Shown piece by piece: positions 12,051 to 23,617 of a DNA stretch of 64,000 nt. Position 1 is the first letter of the stretch. Every line of letters begins with the position of its first letter. The translations under genes and the position numbers were made by a program. The notes beneath the pieces are model-generated. The model had not been told where the DNA came from. It worked only from the letters and a program-made list of their open reading frames with translations, and did no database searches. The DNA is taken from contig QPGO01000041.1 in the NCBI GenBank assembly GCA_008632985.1, positions 372,001 to 436,000 on the forward strand. The letters are read 5' to 3'. The DNA is from Psammoneis japonica. Taxonomy: Eukaryota.

Positions 12051-14884
12051 TTAAACGAAACCTTGTGGAACAAACCGGCTTGGTGTCAAACTCTGCAGAG
12101 CAACCTTGTGTTCTGTAATCCTTCCAAGCAATATTTCCATGCTTCCAACAAAGACCTGAGCTTTACTTCCTTTTATGTCCGTGTTTTCATCTTTGCTGTC
12201 CAATACTTTCCCGTCTCTGAGTGCGTCAAGAATGGAATCCAAGCGGGAACGGCATGGTTCCTCAACTCCTCCCAAGAAAACTCCGTTCTCCTTGATTTCC
12301 TCAATAGCGCTATCCATCCAAAGTGTCACCAATGATGATGTTATTGTCATTTGAATGAATTGATATTGAAACTGGTTGTCGATTTTGTAGATTGGCAAGA
12401 ATGATCCACGCTTGGCATCTTCCAACAGATACTTAGCATTGGAATGAACAGACCCAAATCTCTTGGCAAAATCTTTTTGTACCCTTTCAAGCTTTTCTAC
12501 TGCGTCTTCGTTGGCGATAAGAGTATCAACAAAGTCAACCGACGATGATTTGATTTGATCGAGCATACTATTCAAATATTTGGGATCCGAGCCTTTTAGT
12601 GTTGGCGGAATGACTGCCAAAAGTGCAGCCATGAGAATGCCGGTAATGTTGGACACGATACGCGTCACCACAAGCTTGTCTCCATCCCCCACCCCGGCAA
12701 GAAACTCCATGACAATGACAGACTGCGTCAACACAAAGTAAAAACCTCCATATCCAAAGTCCTTGGATGGGCCTAAGAGTGAGAGTTCGCTTCGTCTATC
12801 AAGCGTGAGCAAAATGGCAGGAAACGCAGTGACTGTGAGCCAAGCAACGCCCCCATAGGCATTAGTGTCGCAAGCTCGAATCAAGGCCCAAGCTGAAAAC
12901 GCGCCAACCAGAGTACCGGCCAAGCGAAAGACACATTTTTTCACAGTTCCTTCTGTCGTTGCCATTGTTGCGAAACAATAGGCAATCTGAAGAATGAATA
13001 GGCACAACAATAGATTAGATTAACCAACAGCCCGCCAATTGGCGCCGCTTCATCTTTACTTACTAAATGCCATCCCGAAAAAGACGTTGGTGGACCGCCA
13101 CTGATAAGTTGGACGGGTCCTTCTTGCTCTTCATCAATAAGTTCAAACTCAGTCCAAGCATCCCAGTAAACAGTCATGCAAGTTAGGGCCGTGAAGCCGA
13201 TAGTAAACTTAACATAGTGCATGAAGATTCCTATGTCGGTTTTGTAAACTCCCTTGTAGACGAGAAGAGGGATTAAAGGAATCTGTATCAATCTTGCCAG
13301 AAACCCAACTGTTGGTAGCAACCAAAGAAGAGTATTCTTCGCCACGTTCGCAAGGCCGTCCTTGAAAGTCAGAGTGCTAGTCGACTTTGCGCCATGAAAA
13401 GCTACAAGCCATTCAGTCGCCGCAGTAGTGAGTTTCTCGCAAGATTTCTGAAATCCAAGCGAGTCATGCAAAGACGGTGGATTCTCTTGATCTGACGACT
13501 GTTCCTTGTCGTCCGGAATCGCGGGAGTTTGAATCATCCTAGTTTCCAACGCCACCGCGTTCTTCTCGAAACATTGTTTTGAAGCTCGAATGCGATCAAG
13601 CATTCCAACGGGATATTTGACTTTTTTAGACCGCAGAATCAAAGCTCGAACCGCGACACGTTCCACCTGACAGGTCACCTCCTTTAGAGCTTCCCAAGTG
13701 CACCGTGGCACTCCACAGCGATAGTCAAGCATTCTTGGTTCAAAGGCAGTCACGACGGCTATTTTTCCGCCCAACAGGATGTTCACACTCTCCTCCAGAC
13801 GGCTTTGTACCATGATATCCTCGTCAGCACTATCGGTCGAAGAGTCGTTGTGACCCGGACGCCAGCGGTTGTTGAGCCAAACAACATCCCGAAGGGTCCG
13901 TGGCAGTGCTCGTACAGACAGCGCGTACCGAATGGTTCGCACTGGGGGCAACAGGGGCGCAACAAATAGCCCAGCCAGACAGGACCAACAGGCAATAATC
14001 CAAAAATTTGGAATAAGCGCGAACGGGTTGTTCACTCCTGTGGTCATCCAAAAGCGGTTTATGAGCCAAATGCCGCCCTCGACAGAGATGATAATTGCGT
14101 CGTCATCTCTGTTGTACGTCAAACAGACTTCTTGTCCACGAAAGAAGCCCTCGTCAACCGGTGCACACACTTGTCCCGTCTTGACAATCTGTTGAAGCAA
14201 GCTGAGAATTGATCTGATGGAATTTAGTAATTCTGGCAAGGTAGGAATCGACGTCGGTGGTTCAATTTTGCCTCCGACAATCTCAACCAGTGCTTCTCTG
14301 TCAATCTGAATAATGACACCTTGTTGCACAACATCTAACATGCCCAAACCAAGAAGACCAAACATGACAGCCAGGACTCCTGTGAACGCGTACGAATAGG
14401 GTGCGGTCGGCCCAAAGCGCAATCCAGTAATCCAAAAGCACCAGACGGCGGAAAGGCCCACAAAGAGTCCATTGCTGACTGTACCAGCACATAAAAAGGC
14501 AGTGACACTTCCCAACCCGAAAAGTAGCACAGTCAAACACATTATGAGTGGACCAGGCGTGGCAACAGGTGCAATGGCGGGAAGTCGCATGGCGACAATA
14601 GGCGCCAAGAGCCCAATCAACCATGCCAGCGACTGAGGAATCGCATTCACGCTTCCCTCAACGCCAGCATAAGCGAGAGAATACGCAACAAAAGCAGCAG
14701 CCGTCATGCGAAGCGCGATTTCAATGTACAACGGAATGCAATTCCATGGATCCGGTTTCAGTTGGGGTGGTGGGGTGGTCGACAAACAAGAATTATCATC
14801 GACATGATCTTTCTCGTCTTGTTCGGCGGGCTCATCCGTTGTTGCCTGCTCAGGTGTTTCAGTCTCGTCTTTGCGACTTTCCAT
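12051..14884 (-). CDS. Multi-pass membrane protein, FUSC/ALMT (aromatic acid exporter)-like
   Basis: Exons 14884-13064 and 12986-12051 join in frame over GT-AG intron 13063-12987. Two TM clusters. Motif TTEGTVKKCVFRLAGTLVGA is typical of FUSC_2/ALMT. Confidence 0.75.
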
Positions 14885-15059
14885 GACTCTCTTCGTTTCA
14901 CTGAAGCTTACTTTTTCGTGTTTGAGTTTAGAGATATCTTTTTTAGTAGCAAGGTGGTGTCATGATGTTGTTCATAGGTGTCATGATGTTGTCACGAAAT
15001 GTCGCGCCCTCAATTTGGAATTTCAAACTGTTTTTTTCTCGAGAATAAATAAATTCCTG

Positions 15060-18000
15060 ATTCCTCATGTCTGTCTGTTTGCCACAATGCAGTGTTGGCA
15101 GAACCGTGCTCCGGGAGAAAGCCAGAATCTTCTTGGTGATCAACAGCCCCCCACAGGAGTGTGACCAGCCAACACACAGATCCTTGGAAGTACTGGAAAA
15201 TGACCTCACAGTTGTTGGTGACCACGCTGGCAGCTGCTGCCAACAGGCTGTCCAGAGGCTGCTCCCCCATTGCCCAAAAAGTTGCCAACAAGGGAAAGCA
15301 GAAGAGGAGCAACTGCAAAGAAGGTCAGATGGCCTTGGCTGCAGACTCTGCATGGCTGGGGAGGTGCAATCCAGTCAATGTCTGCAGCTGAGCCCTTGTT
15401 CCTCTTGGCGCTGGCCCTGGTCTGTTCTCCAGCTCAAGCAGGAACGGATTCACGCGGTTTTGCGCATTTGGCAAAATTGCATTTTTTGAACTCCTCCTTC
15501 AATTTTGATGTTTTTGAACAAAGCAAGGGTGCCTCACATGAACAATGTTGTGTTTCATGTGGCGTGCCATTTTTTTTCTTCTTCGAAAACTCCAGTTTTG
15601 GTGGAGGAGGAGTTTGCAAAAGATGCACCTTTTTGGCCGTCTGACTTTTCCACGTGCAAAAGACCCAAACCACCCACATTTTTTGTGGAATTTGGAGTTC
15701 CAGTGCAAACTCTTATCACAAAATTATTTTGTTGCACACCCCACTGAATTTGAGGAAAACATCAAAAGAATGTGTGGCGCGAAGAAGTGTGGCTGTGCCA
15801 TGCCTTTTTTGTCTTGTGCTCATTGCAGCCAACAAGCATGGAACAACATGCGCGGCATGTGCAACAAACAACATGGCATCACAACAGTTGCAGCCACAAG
15901 ATTGTGTGACAAAAATCCACTTCTGAAGGTGGGTGCAAGTTTTTCTCTGCTTGTCATCACTGCACAAGAACAACTGCATCACCAGCAAAAGAAACATCAC
16001 AGTTGACTTCATCATTTTCTTGTTTGCCTGCTGATTGACATGGCAAAACAGACTGTGAATGACCCCAATTCAGAGGAAGACATTCAATGCCTCAGCAGCT
16101 CCTTTTGGAACATGCGGGCATGTGATGAGTGTCAGGCTTTTGTGAAATCGGAGAGTGGCAACGTGTGCCAGAAGCTCAGCTGTTTTCTCCACAAACGTTG
16201 TGAATGGCTTGGGCAGACACATTTGGATGAAATGGAACCTGCACACTCTGACACTGCTGTGGCAGTTGCAAGGACCACAAAGTCTCCACTGGTTTGTGTG
16301 GATAAAAGAAAGTGTGCGAGTCAACACGTGGCCCAGATCACAAGCTTCACAGGACCTTTGCTGCTGCACCCGCATCTAAGAGTCTCAAGTTTGACGCAGA
16401 CAGCAGCAACCACACCTTTGAAGAGCATTGGCCGATCTAGCTGCAACCATTGCAAACTCACCATGCCTGCCAAACAAGATGAAGATGGCTGTCTACAACA
16501 CATTGGGCTTGGGCTTTGACACAGCCGGCCTTTCAGCACAAAACCTGGGTGCATTGAATGACCTTCAGGTCAGTGTGGCATGTGACATCGCGACGGCTCT
16601 CAGTGATGCTCCTTGCCTGCATTTCAGTGGTGCCAGTGCTCTGGGCTGGGGCTTTGCTAATTTCCTTGTTGACGGTGCAAATGATGGATGGGTGCCCACT
16701 CACTCAAGCTGTGGCACAAGCACTGCTGAGCCAATTGACAGTTGTTCAACCACCATTGAATGCAGCAGTTTGTGCTCCCCTGTCAGAGGTCCAAGTGGGT
16801 TTTTGTCTGATCACTGTCCAACTCTCATGTTGAGTGCAGCACATGACCATGAAATCATTCAAGATGAGCCCAAAGGTTGGTTCACTTGTGTCTCAACAAT
16901 TTCAATGCTGGACTGTATGATGTTGCCTTTGCCACTTTTGCGCAAATCATCGAAGGGGCAGATTTCAATTTGTTGCAGATTTTGATGCTTGGTCTATGTC
17001 AGCAGTTGTCTGTGATGCTTCAAACATTTAAAATCGTTAGCTGACAATGTGCTTGTTGCCTTGGCAAGCAGCTCACAGCTTTGGCAGGGTGCCCACAGTC
17101 GAGCACCTCTTGTGGCTGAGTGCAATGCCTCACTCGCCTTGCGCAGTGTAAATTTCACCATGACAAATCAAGCATTGTCAATCCTTGGTGCATTTTCACA
17201 TGATGTGGATTTGAAGCCCATGTCGTTTTACTTGAATTCAAAGAGCTTGGTGCAAAAGAGCAAGCATTGTGGAGGCAATGAGAACCTTTCTTCCTTTTGA
17301 TGCTTCACAATGACAAAGCAGCAGCATCTTCTTGCTTTCGCACATGAGACGTGAGATGCATGAGAGGCAATTCCTCAACCCTGATCCCTTTTGAAAATCT
17401 TTTTGCCAAACCTTTGCAATTTGAACAAGCCACACTGCAGACATTGCACTGCTTTGAATTGTTGGTGGTTTTGGGGACTGCAGCACATTGACATTCTTGT
17501 GCATCAACTGAAAAGTGGGGAGGAGAAAGGAAAATGTTGGTGATTGGCCAACAGAGAACAGCTTGGGAGATGCAATGCCATCAGCTTCTTCCATCTTGTT
17601 TTGTGCTTGTTGTGAAAGAGTGTGCCCCTCAAAGGCACACTTCTTCAGCCCAGTGCTCTTTTCTTTTGAGATCAACCTCATCATTTTCCTCTTGTCTTGC
17701 TCCACCTGTTCAAAAAGCATTTCAATCAGGACTTGGCACAATTTTTGACAATCATTGGCAGCTGCAAGTCAAACAAGAATTTTGTGGCCAAGGCTGCACT
17801 TTGCACCATTCAGACATTTGGGCCCCAATGAAAAGAATGATCTCACAAGCTCTGGAGTTGCTTTGAGCTCTTCTGTCAGAATGTGGTGAGGCCAAGCACA
17901 ACACTCAATTTGAACCATTGAAGTGCTGTGTCATCTTTTGGTTCACAACTCACTTTTCAAGTGCACTTTGACATTTTTGCACAGCTTGGATTGAGCTGAA

Positions 18001-18870
18001 ACACTCTCCATTGTGAGGTTTTGCTCCTGCCATTGTCACATGCACCCCCAAAGTCTTGTCAGGCTGACTCTCAAGGAATTCAGGCAGATGATGCACCAGG
18101 GAGTCACACACAGATGATGATGTGCTGCAGCGCCCCCCTCGCGCATTTTGTGTGAAATTTTCCTGCAAAAAAGTTTTTTCATGCAGACTTCACATGACAA
18201 ACATGGGCGTGTGCACCCCACACCGTGAGCTGTCTGAAGCCTGCACGCAAACTCCTTCGGAGTTTCTGTGGAGAGCAACCTGCACACAAAGCACACTTGG
18301 TGCAGCTGACACACAGACTTGCAGCAGAGAGTGGAGCTGAAATTTGGGTGTTTGAAGCAGTGGCTCTCAGATGGCAAACCTTGCACATGAGCAACTTTTT
18401 GAGCAAGTGGCAGCTGCGCACCATCTTTGGACAACAGCAGGTTGTCAGCAAGGCATGTGCACCTGTGCAGGTGGCAAAAATGGGGAACTTCCAACAGCAT
18501 CACACACAGACACTCAATGTCAGCTGGGAGAGCAAACAACAGCATGCTTTGGCGCCAGGTGACAAAACAAAAACTGCACAAAATTGATGTGCCAGGGCCA
18601 ATTTGCAAAAATGACCAAAAAAAGGGCAAAGAAGAAGGTGGGGATGAAGATTGAGCACATGGGCTCAGATTCCCAAATTGCTGATCAGTTCATCAAAGGG
18701 CTTGCCTCAGATTTGTTTGAATCTGGTCCAAAGGAGCCTCTCCGTCATCCCGGCGCCGCGCCGGTGGGTGCGCCTCATGACGTCACATGCACGTCATCAC
18801 ATATTTTCAAAAATCGCCAGTTCGATCAAGAGATGTTGTTGCATCCTCTGCTTTGTGCAGTCATTGGCTT
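15060..18870. other. TpA/CpG-depleted block of TE and gene fragments
   Basis: Near absence of TA, abundant TG/CA, fragmented Cys/His-rich ORFs. Confidence 0.85.
18636..18732 (+). mobile_element. Ty1/Copia RNase H C-terminal fragment
   Basis: KIEHMGSDSQIADQFIKGLASDLFE matches the Copia I.Y..T..Q.AD.FTK.L....F motif, with Y>H. Confidence 0.7.
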
Positions 18871-19085
18871 TTAGCACAACAGTTTTGTTATCAACACTGC
18901 TGCATCTACTCTACAACCATGAGCTACCCTTGAGGACTACATCTATATTGAGTCCCGACGCATGCTGAACTGGCACCCTGAAATACGGTATGTGTGGACC
19001 AAGGGCAAAGAATACAACATGCTCTTTTGCAATCGTCGACTTTTTTTTTTAAATTACACTTTCATACTTGCAACACGCACCTTTC

Positions 19086-20587
19086 TTAAGCATCCGCCTT
19101 AATTTGCACACTGCTGGGATCAAGGGAGGCACACTCTTCGGCACGCTTCTTGTTCCAAAAGGAAGCGGGGAGGATCTTTTGCGGGTTGCACCTGTCCTTG
19201 TATTTCTTGACAATTTCCGTCACTTCCTCGAACAGACCAGTATCGAGGCTAATGGGATCCAATCCAAGGTTGCAGAATTTTCTGTTGGCGACATCCAACT
19301 CGTTCTCCGCGGCCTCCTGACGAGGGTTTGGGATCATGTTGACTTCGACTCCCGTTTGCTCGGCGACAAGGGAAGCCACGTCACGGACACGGCGGGTCTC
19401 TGCCACCTGGTTGAAAATTTCAACTCGGTCTCCCTTTTCCGGGGGGTTGTTGATGGCAATTTCAATGCATCGTGCCGTGTCGGTGATGTGAATAAAGGCA
19501 CGGGTTTGTCCACCAGTGCCGTAGACTGTAAGAGGGACGCCCATTGCTCCCTGCATGAGGAAACGGTTAAGAACAGTACCGTAATCTCCATCGTAATCAA
19601 ATCGGTTGACGAGGCGTTCATCCAAAACCGTTTGGGGTGTGTTTGTTCCCCACACAATTCCCTGATGAAGGTCGGTGATGCGGAGTTGGTCGTTCTTTGG
19701 TAGAACTGCCAGAGGAGAGCATCAAGACACTTGGTTGCGTGGTAGACAGACCCAGGGTACGCAGGGTGCAAAATGTTGGCGTCCCGACCGCCTGGAAGCA
19801 CCACATCAATGTATCCTTCCGGGATTTCTCCTCCAGATGTACCGTATCCATAAACACCCATGGTTCCAAGGTGTACAATGTGAGCATCGACATCGGAATC
19901 AATGACGGCACAGCACAGATTGTTGGATCCACCGACGTTGTTGTCAACTGTGTATCGCTTGGTCTTGGAACTCTTCATAGAGTAGGGTGCTGCCCGCTGC
20001 TCGGCAAAATGAACAATGGAATCAGGTTGCTCTGTCTTGATGAGATCAACCAACAAATCATAATCCTTAGCAACATCCAAGTTAACAAATTTCATTTCTT
20101 TGCCGCTGACTTCCTTCCAAGCTTGAAGACGAATCTAAGACAGCATAAGAGAAAAAAGTCAGTAACAAATAATATCAGCCTGTATCAGCTAACAAGTAAA
20201 TGTTCTTTTGAAAAATGCATACCTCTGGACTCTGAATTGGGGTGAGCGAGTCGCATCCGAGCTCGGTATCAATGTTCCTTCGGCTAAGGTTATCAACAAT
20301 CACAACGTCATGGCCTTGATCACTGAGGTAAAGCGAAGTCGGCCAGCCGCAAAATCCGTCTCCTCCAAGCACAAGGACCTTTTTCTTTTCTGCCGTGCCG
20401 TTGGCACCTTTTCCATCCACATCACCATCCTCGAGCCCCTTTAGTAACGTCGGCGTATTAGTACGAGCAGTCGATGTACCAAACGAAGCTGGTGCTGTGA
20501 AAGCAGACACCAACGGAACAAGTGCAAACAGAACGACCCTTTATTTTTTTTTTTTGTTTTTTTTTTGATATACAGAACGACCTTCAT
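19086..20587 (-). CDS. SQD1: UDP-sulfoquinovose synthase, plastid-targeted
   Basis: VLVLGGDGFCGWPTSL, HFAEQRAAPYSM, HLGTMGVYGY, GTVLNRFLMQ, NPRQEAAENEL. Signal peptide ends SAF. Intron 20222-20135. One-nt frameshift near 19697. 44-nt insertion at the 5' end. Confidence 0.95.
20528..20582 (-). mobile_element. Poly(A) insertion flanked by an 11-bp duplication (TPRT-like footprint)
   Basis: acagaacgacc at 20528-20538 and 20572-20582 flanks an A-rich tract (minus strand) in the first codons of SQD1. Confidence 0.6.
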
Positions 20588-20690
20588 GTTGATTACACGT
20601 GTGCCGCTTATTCTCCCAATGATTGAACGAGTGGGAAGTGTTTGTTGATTTNNNNNNNNNNNNNNNNNNNNNNNNNNNNNNNNNNNNNNN

Positions 20691-20775
20691 CACCATCACA
20701 TTTCGTGCCGTCTGTTATCCCCCCTCCATCACGTTTCGTGTGCCGTCTGTTTTCTCCCCTCCATCACGTTTCGTC
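20691..20775 (+). repeat. About 35-bp tandem repeat beside an assembly gap
   Basis: ccatcac(a/g)tttcgt(gt)gccgtctgtt...cccct repeated about 2.4 times right after the N run. Confidence 0.8.
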
Positions 20776-21197
20776 TTCGAGGTATCTATGATATTTGTGC
20801 ATGAATATTTATAAATGATAAGTTCGTCCCGTCAGAAGCCCTACGTTGACTGCCGTAAAACGCAGTACAAATTTTAACGGTGTTCGTACCACGCATGGCA
20901 ACAGGCTCGTGCGTAGATTTGTACCGGAGCTTGTACATCCTGACAGACTTATAAATCCTTGGTCCGAATCTCGCGCCATTTTTTGAATCAATTGACTCAA
21001 ATGATCAACTTCAACTTCGGACACGCTCCATTTTAGCATGATGAAAATAGCTCGCGATCATCCCTTCTCTCCCCGCACTCAGCACAGCCAGACAGACGGC
21101 TGCAGAGCGAACGCGGCGGCGCGCGGCTGGCGCGGGCGCTGATTTGCTGATTAGGAGATTGCGAAACCTGAAAGCACCATGAGATGAGATTATTCGA

Positions 21198-23033
21198 GTG
21201 ACTTTGAACACCTCTGCTACTAGTCGTTTTTTCATTCTCCTTCACATGTCCATTAATACGGTTAGGTTCTTTAGACTGTATACTGAAGGAGTCGTTATCT
21301 ACAGTTTGGGCTTACTCTTGGTAAACGGGTTGACGTCCTTCCAGCTTCCGGCCCATCACAAATTTTATAAAAGTTCAGCAGTGTTTCAGTTTTTGCAAAT
21401 GTCAACCGAAACCAGTGAATGTACCCATAATATGGCTTCTGCAAAGAGCAAAAATGAAAGGATTGAAGCTAAAAAGGCACCGATCTACATTACGATTGGA
21501 CCGCCCTGTGCAGGAAAAACTACTTTTCTGCAGAAACTGAAAAACAAACACGAAGCGATGAAGGATATTGCATTAGACCATGAGTTGGATGTCTACGTGA
21601 CTGTTCCAACAAGGCTTTTCCTATTGCAGGGAAATTCAACACTTTCGGATGAAGATCAAGTCGTTTGGAATAGACGTATACAAGGCAAAACAGTTCAACA
21701 ACGCATTGAGGACTCATCAAATGCGGAATGCCGATTTATCCTGCAGCGCTTGGCAGGACAGCTTTCGGCGGATGAATTTCAAAAGCAGATTCAGTCTCTC
21801 TATGACGATCATTTTCGTCGCCAACAAGAGCGGAAGGGTCGCACCATGATTGGTTTCAACATTGAGACGAACCTAACTGCGGAAGCACCAATCACAAAAC
21901 ACCAACAGGAGCAACAAGAGCGAAACCTCCAGCGACAGCGTGATTTGAAAATGATTGGTGATACAATTGTAAAAGCTGTTGAGGAGCAGGTAGAACTGTC
22001 AAAAGAAAAACATAATTTCGCTGTGCCAGAGACCGTCGAATTGTTTGTTGTGGAGAGCTTGTTTCGACCTCATCCCCAAACCAATCAGACCGGCGTGGAA
22101 CATGCCGAAGCTCAATTTGGTAGGTATGCTACACAGAATGATACAATGGCCATTGCATGGGGCAACACCAATACGAGACCGCGGGAATACAAGACTGCGT
22201 TGCAAGTAGCGGCGTCCTGCCATCGTCCCGTCTACTTTGTGGTGCACTCCAGTACACAACTCGAGAGAAGAATCAAAGATGGACTCCTTTTGCCACATCA
22301 GCCACTCTTGTCTTTGATCACCCGCAACCTTCAAAGGATGCTTCGTACAGGCAAATTTATTCCAGCGTTATCCATTTTTGATTCCTCCAGTCGTATTGAC
22401 AACTTGCTTTCAAACGCCTTGAACGAGTTGGAAAGACCGTATCGAGAAGCGCAAAAGGAAGAGGAACCTGCAGCTACAGTGAGTGGCCAAGACGATGAGA
22501 AAACTTCAATAGTTAATGGCACGTCTGCCATGGATGAACCACTGTCATTCAGTAGCCTGCAGCTCAACACTGTGCTTTGTAAGATGGTTCACTTTCAAAT
22601 GAACCCGGACCGCACAGTCAGCCAACTTGAGACATCTCCAACAAAACGGCCATTTGATTCGGGAAACGGTTCTCGCTCTGTGCGGGGAAGATTTGGAGGA
22701 AGCAGCAATGGTCCTTCACATAAACAGAGAGGGCAACATGTACCAAATGATGGGTGGTATCAAGGCAACAGGGACAATCGTAGCTTTGGTGTTCCTCGAC
22801 GGGGTCAATACAATCCAAGGTTTCGCGGTCGCCGCGATCAACGACAATACCAGCGGTCCGATTACAATGCCGGTCGTGGTCATTCCGTTAACAATACAAG
22901 ATATCGACAAGACCGCTCGTTGCACTCACAACAGCAGAGGCCAACGCAACGTGATGAAACGAGACGATCATCAACTCATGCGAGAGCAAGTGATCCGCCA
23001 AGAGACGAGAATTCGACACGTACTCGTAGATAA
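21198..23033 (+). CDS. P-loop (AAA_33/kinase-like) protein with an R/G/Q-rich disordered tail
   Basis: 611-codon ORF, IYITIGPPCAGKTTF Walker A, AWGNTNTRPREY. True start probably Met at 21246 or later. Confidence 0.7.
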   Translation: MTLNTSATSRFFILLHMSINTVRFFRLYTEGVVIYSLGLLLVNGLTSFQLPAHHKFYKSSAVFQFLQMSTETSECTHNMASAKSKNERIEAKKAPIYITIGPPCAGKTTFLQKLKNKHEAMKDIALDHELDVYVTVPTRLFLLQGNSTLSDEDQVVWNRRIQGKTVQQRIEDSSNAECRFILQRLAGQLSADEFQKQIQSLYDDHFRRQQERKGRTMIGFNIETNLTAEAPITKHQQEQQERNLQRQRDLKMIGDTIVKAVEEQVELSKEKHNFAVPETVELFVVESLFRPHPQTNQTGVEHAEAQFGRYATQNDTMAIAWGNTNTRPREYKTALQVAASCHRPVYFVVHSSTQLERRIKDGLLLPHQPLLSLITRNLQRMLRTGKFIPALSIFDSSSRIDNLLSNALNELERPYREAQKEEEPAATVSGQDDEKTSIVNGTSAMDEPLSFSSLQLNTVLCKMVHFQMNPDRTVSQLETSPTKRPFDSGNGSRSVRGRFGGSSNGPSHKQRGQHVPNDGWYQGNRDNRSFGVPRRGQYNPRFRGRRDQRQYQRSDYNAGRGHSVNNTRYRQDRSLHSQQQRPTQRDETRRSSTHARASDPPRDENSTRTRR

Positions 23034-23617
23034 GGTAAGAGAGACTTCTTCTTTTCGATATCAGGTCTAGAGTAGAGTGCAGGTGTGGCGCAGTGCAATG
23101 AATTCGTGAAAACTATTTTCTCTATCTCTACACTGTACACACGGTGTATTAGCTACTCTCCCTATAGTAGATAGAGAGTACTGTAGAGAATCTAAACTAC
23201 CTTTGGCTGGATAAGAAGTGCTGATTCAATTCATTCTCATAAGTACTGCATGTAATATTGGGTATTACTTTTATATTATTTATGTTTGTCAATTGTTATT
23301 TGTACAGTACTGATAGAGTAGAAATGTCTTGATAAAGTTTTTTCGTTTTGTTCAATAAGTAATATTTGTCGATTAAAAAACGAGGGGTTAATGTAGTTTA
23401 GTGGGGCGATATAAGGGAGGGCTATAGACAATTCCACATCATTTTGTGAATTCGCTTCTCATAAAATAGTGCACATCCGATCGCATCTGAAAAGGCCAAA
23501 GGATTTGACTCTGTCGTCTTCTCGATAAAACGATGAGGTGACGCATTTTTAAGTGCGAAAACCGGATACGAAACACCTTCTCGTGGCATCAACGGTGCAC
23601 CAACTCTCTCTCTAGAA

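Noticed and set aside
19068..20245. Long plus-strand ORFs opposite SQD1 (similar ones opposite hom and the GT2)
   Set aside because: Antisense shadows of real genes.
20691..20775. 35-bp repeats as a CRISPR array
   Set aside because: Contiguous tandem units without spacers, eukaryotic context, no cas genes.
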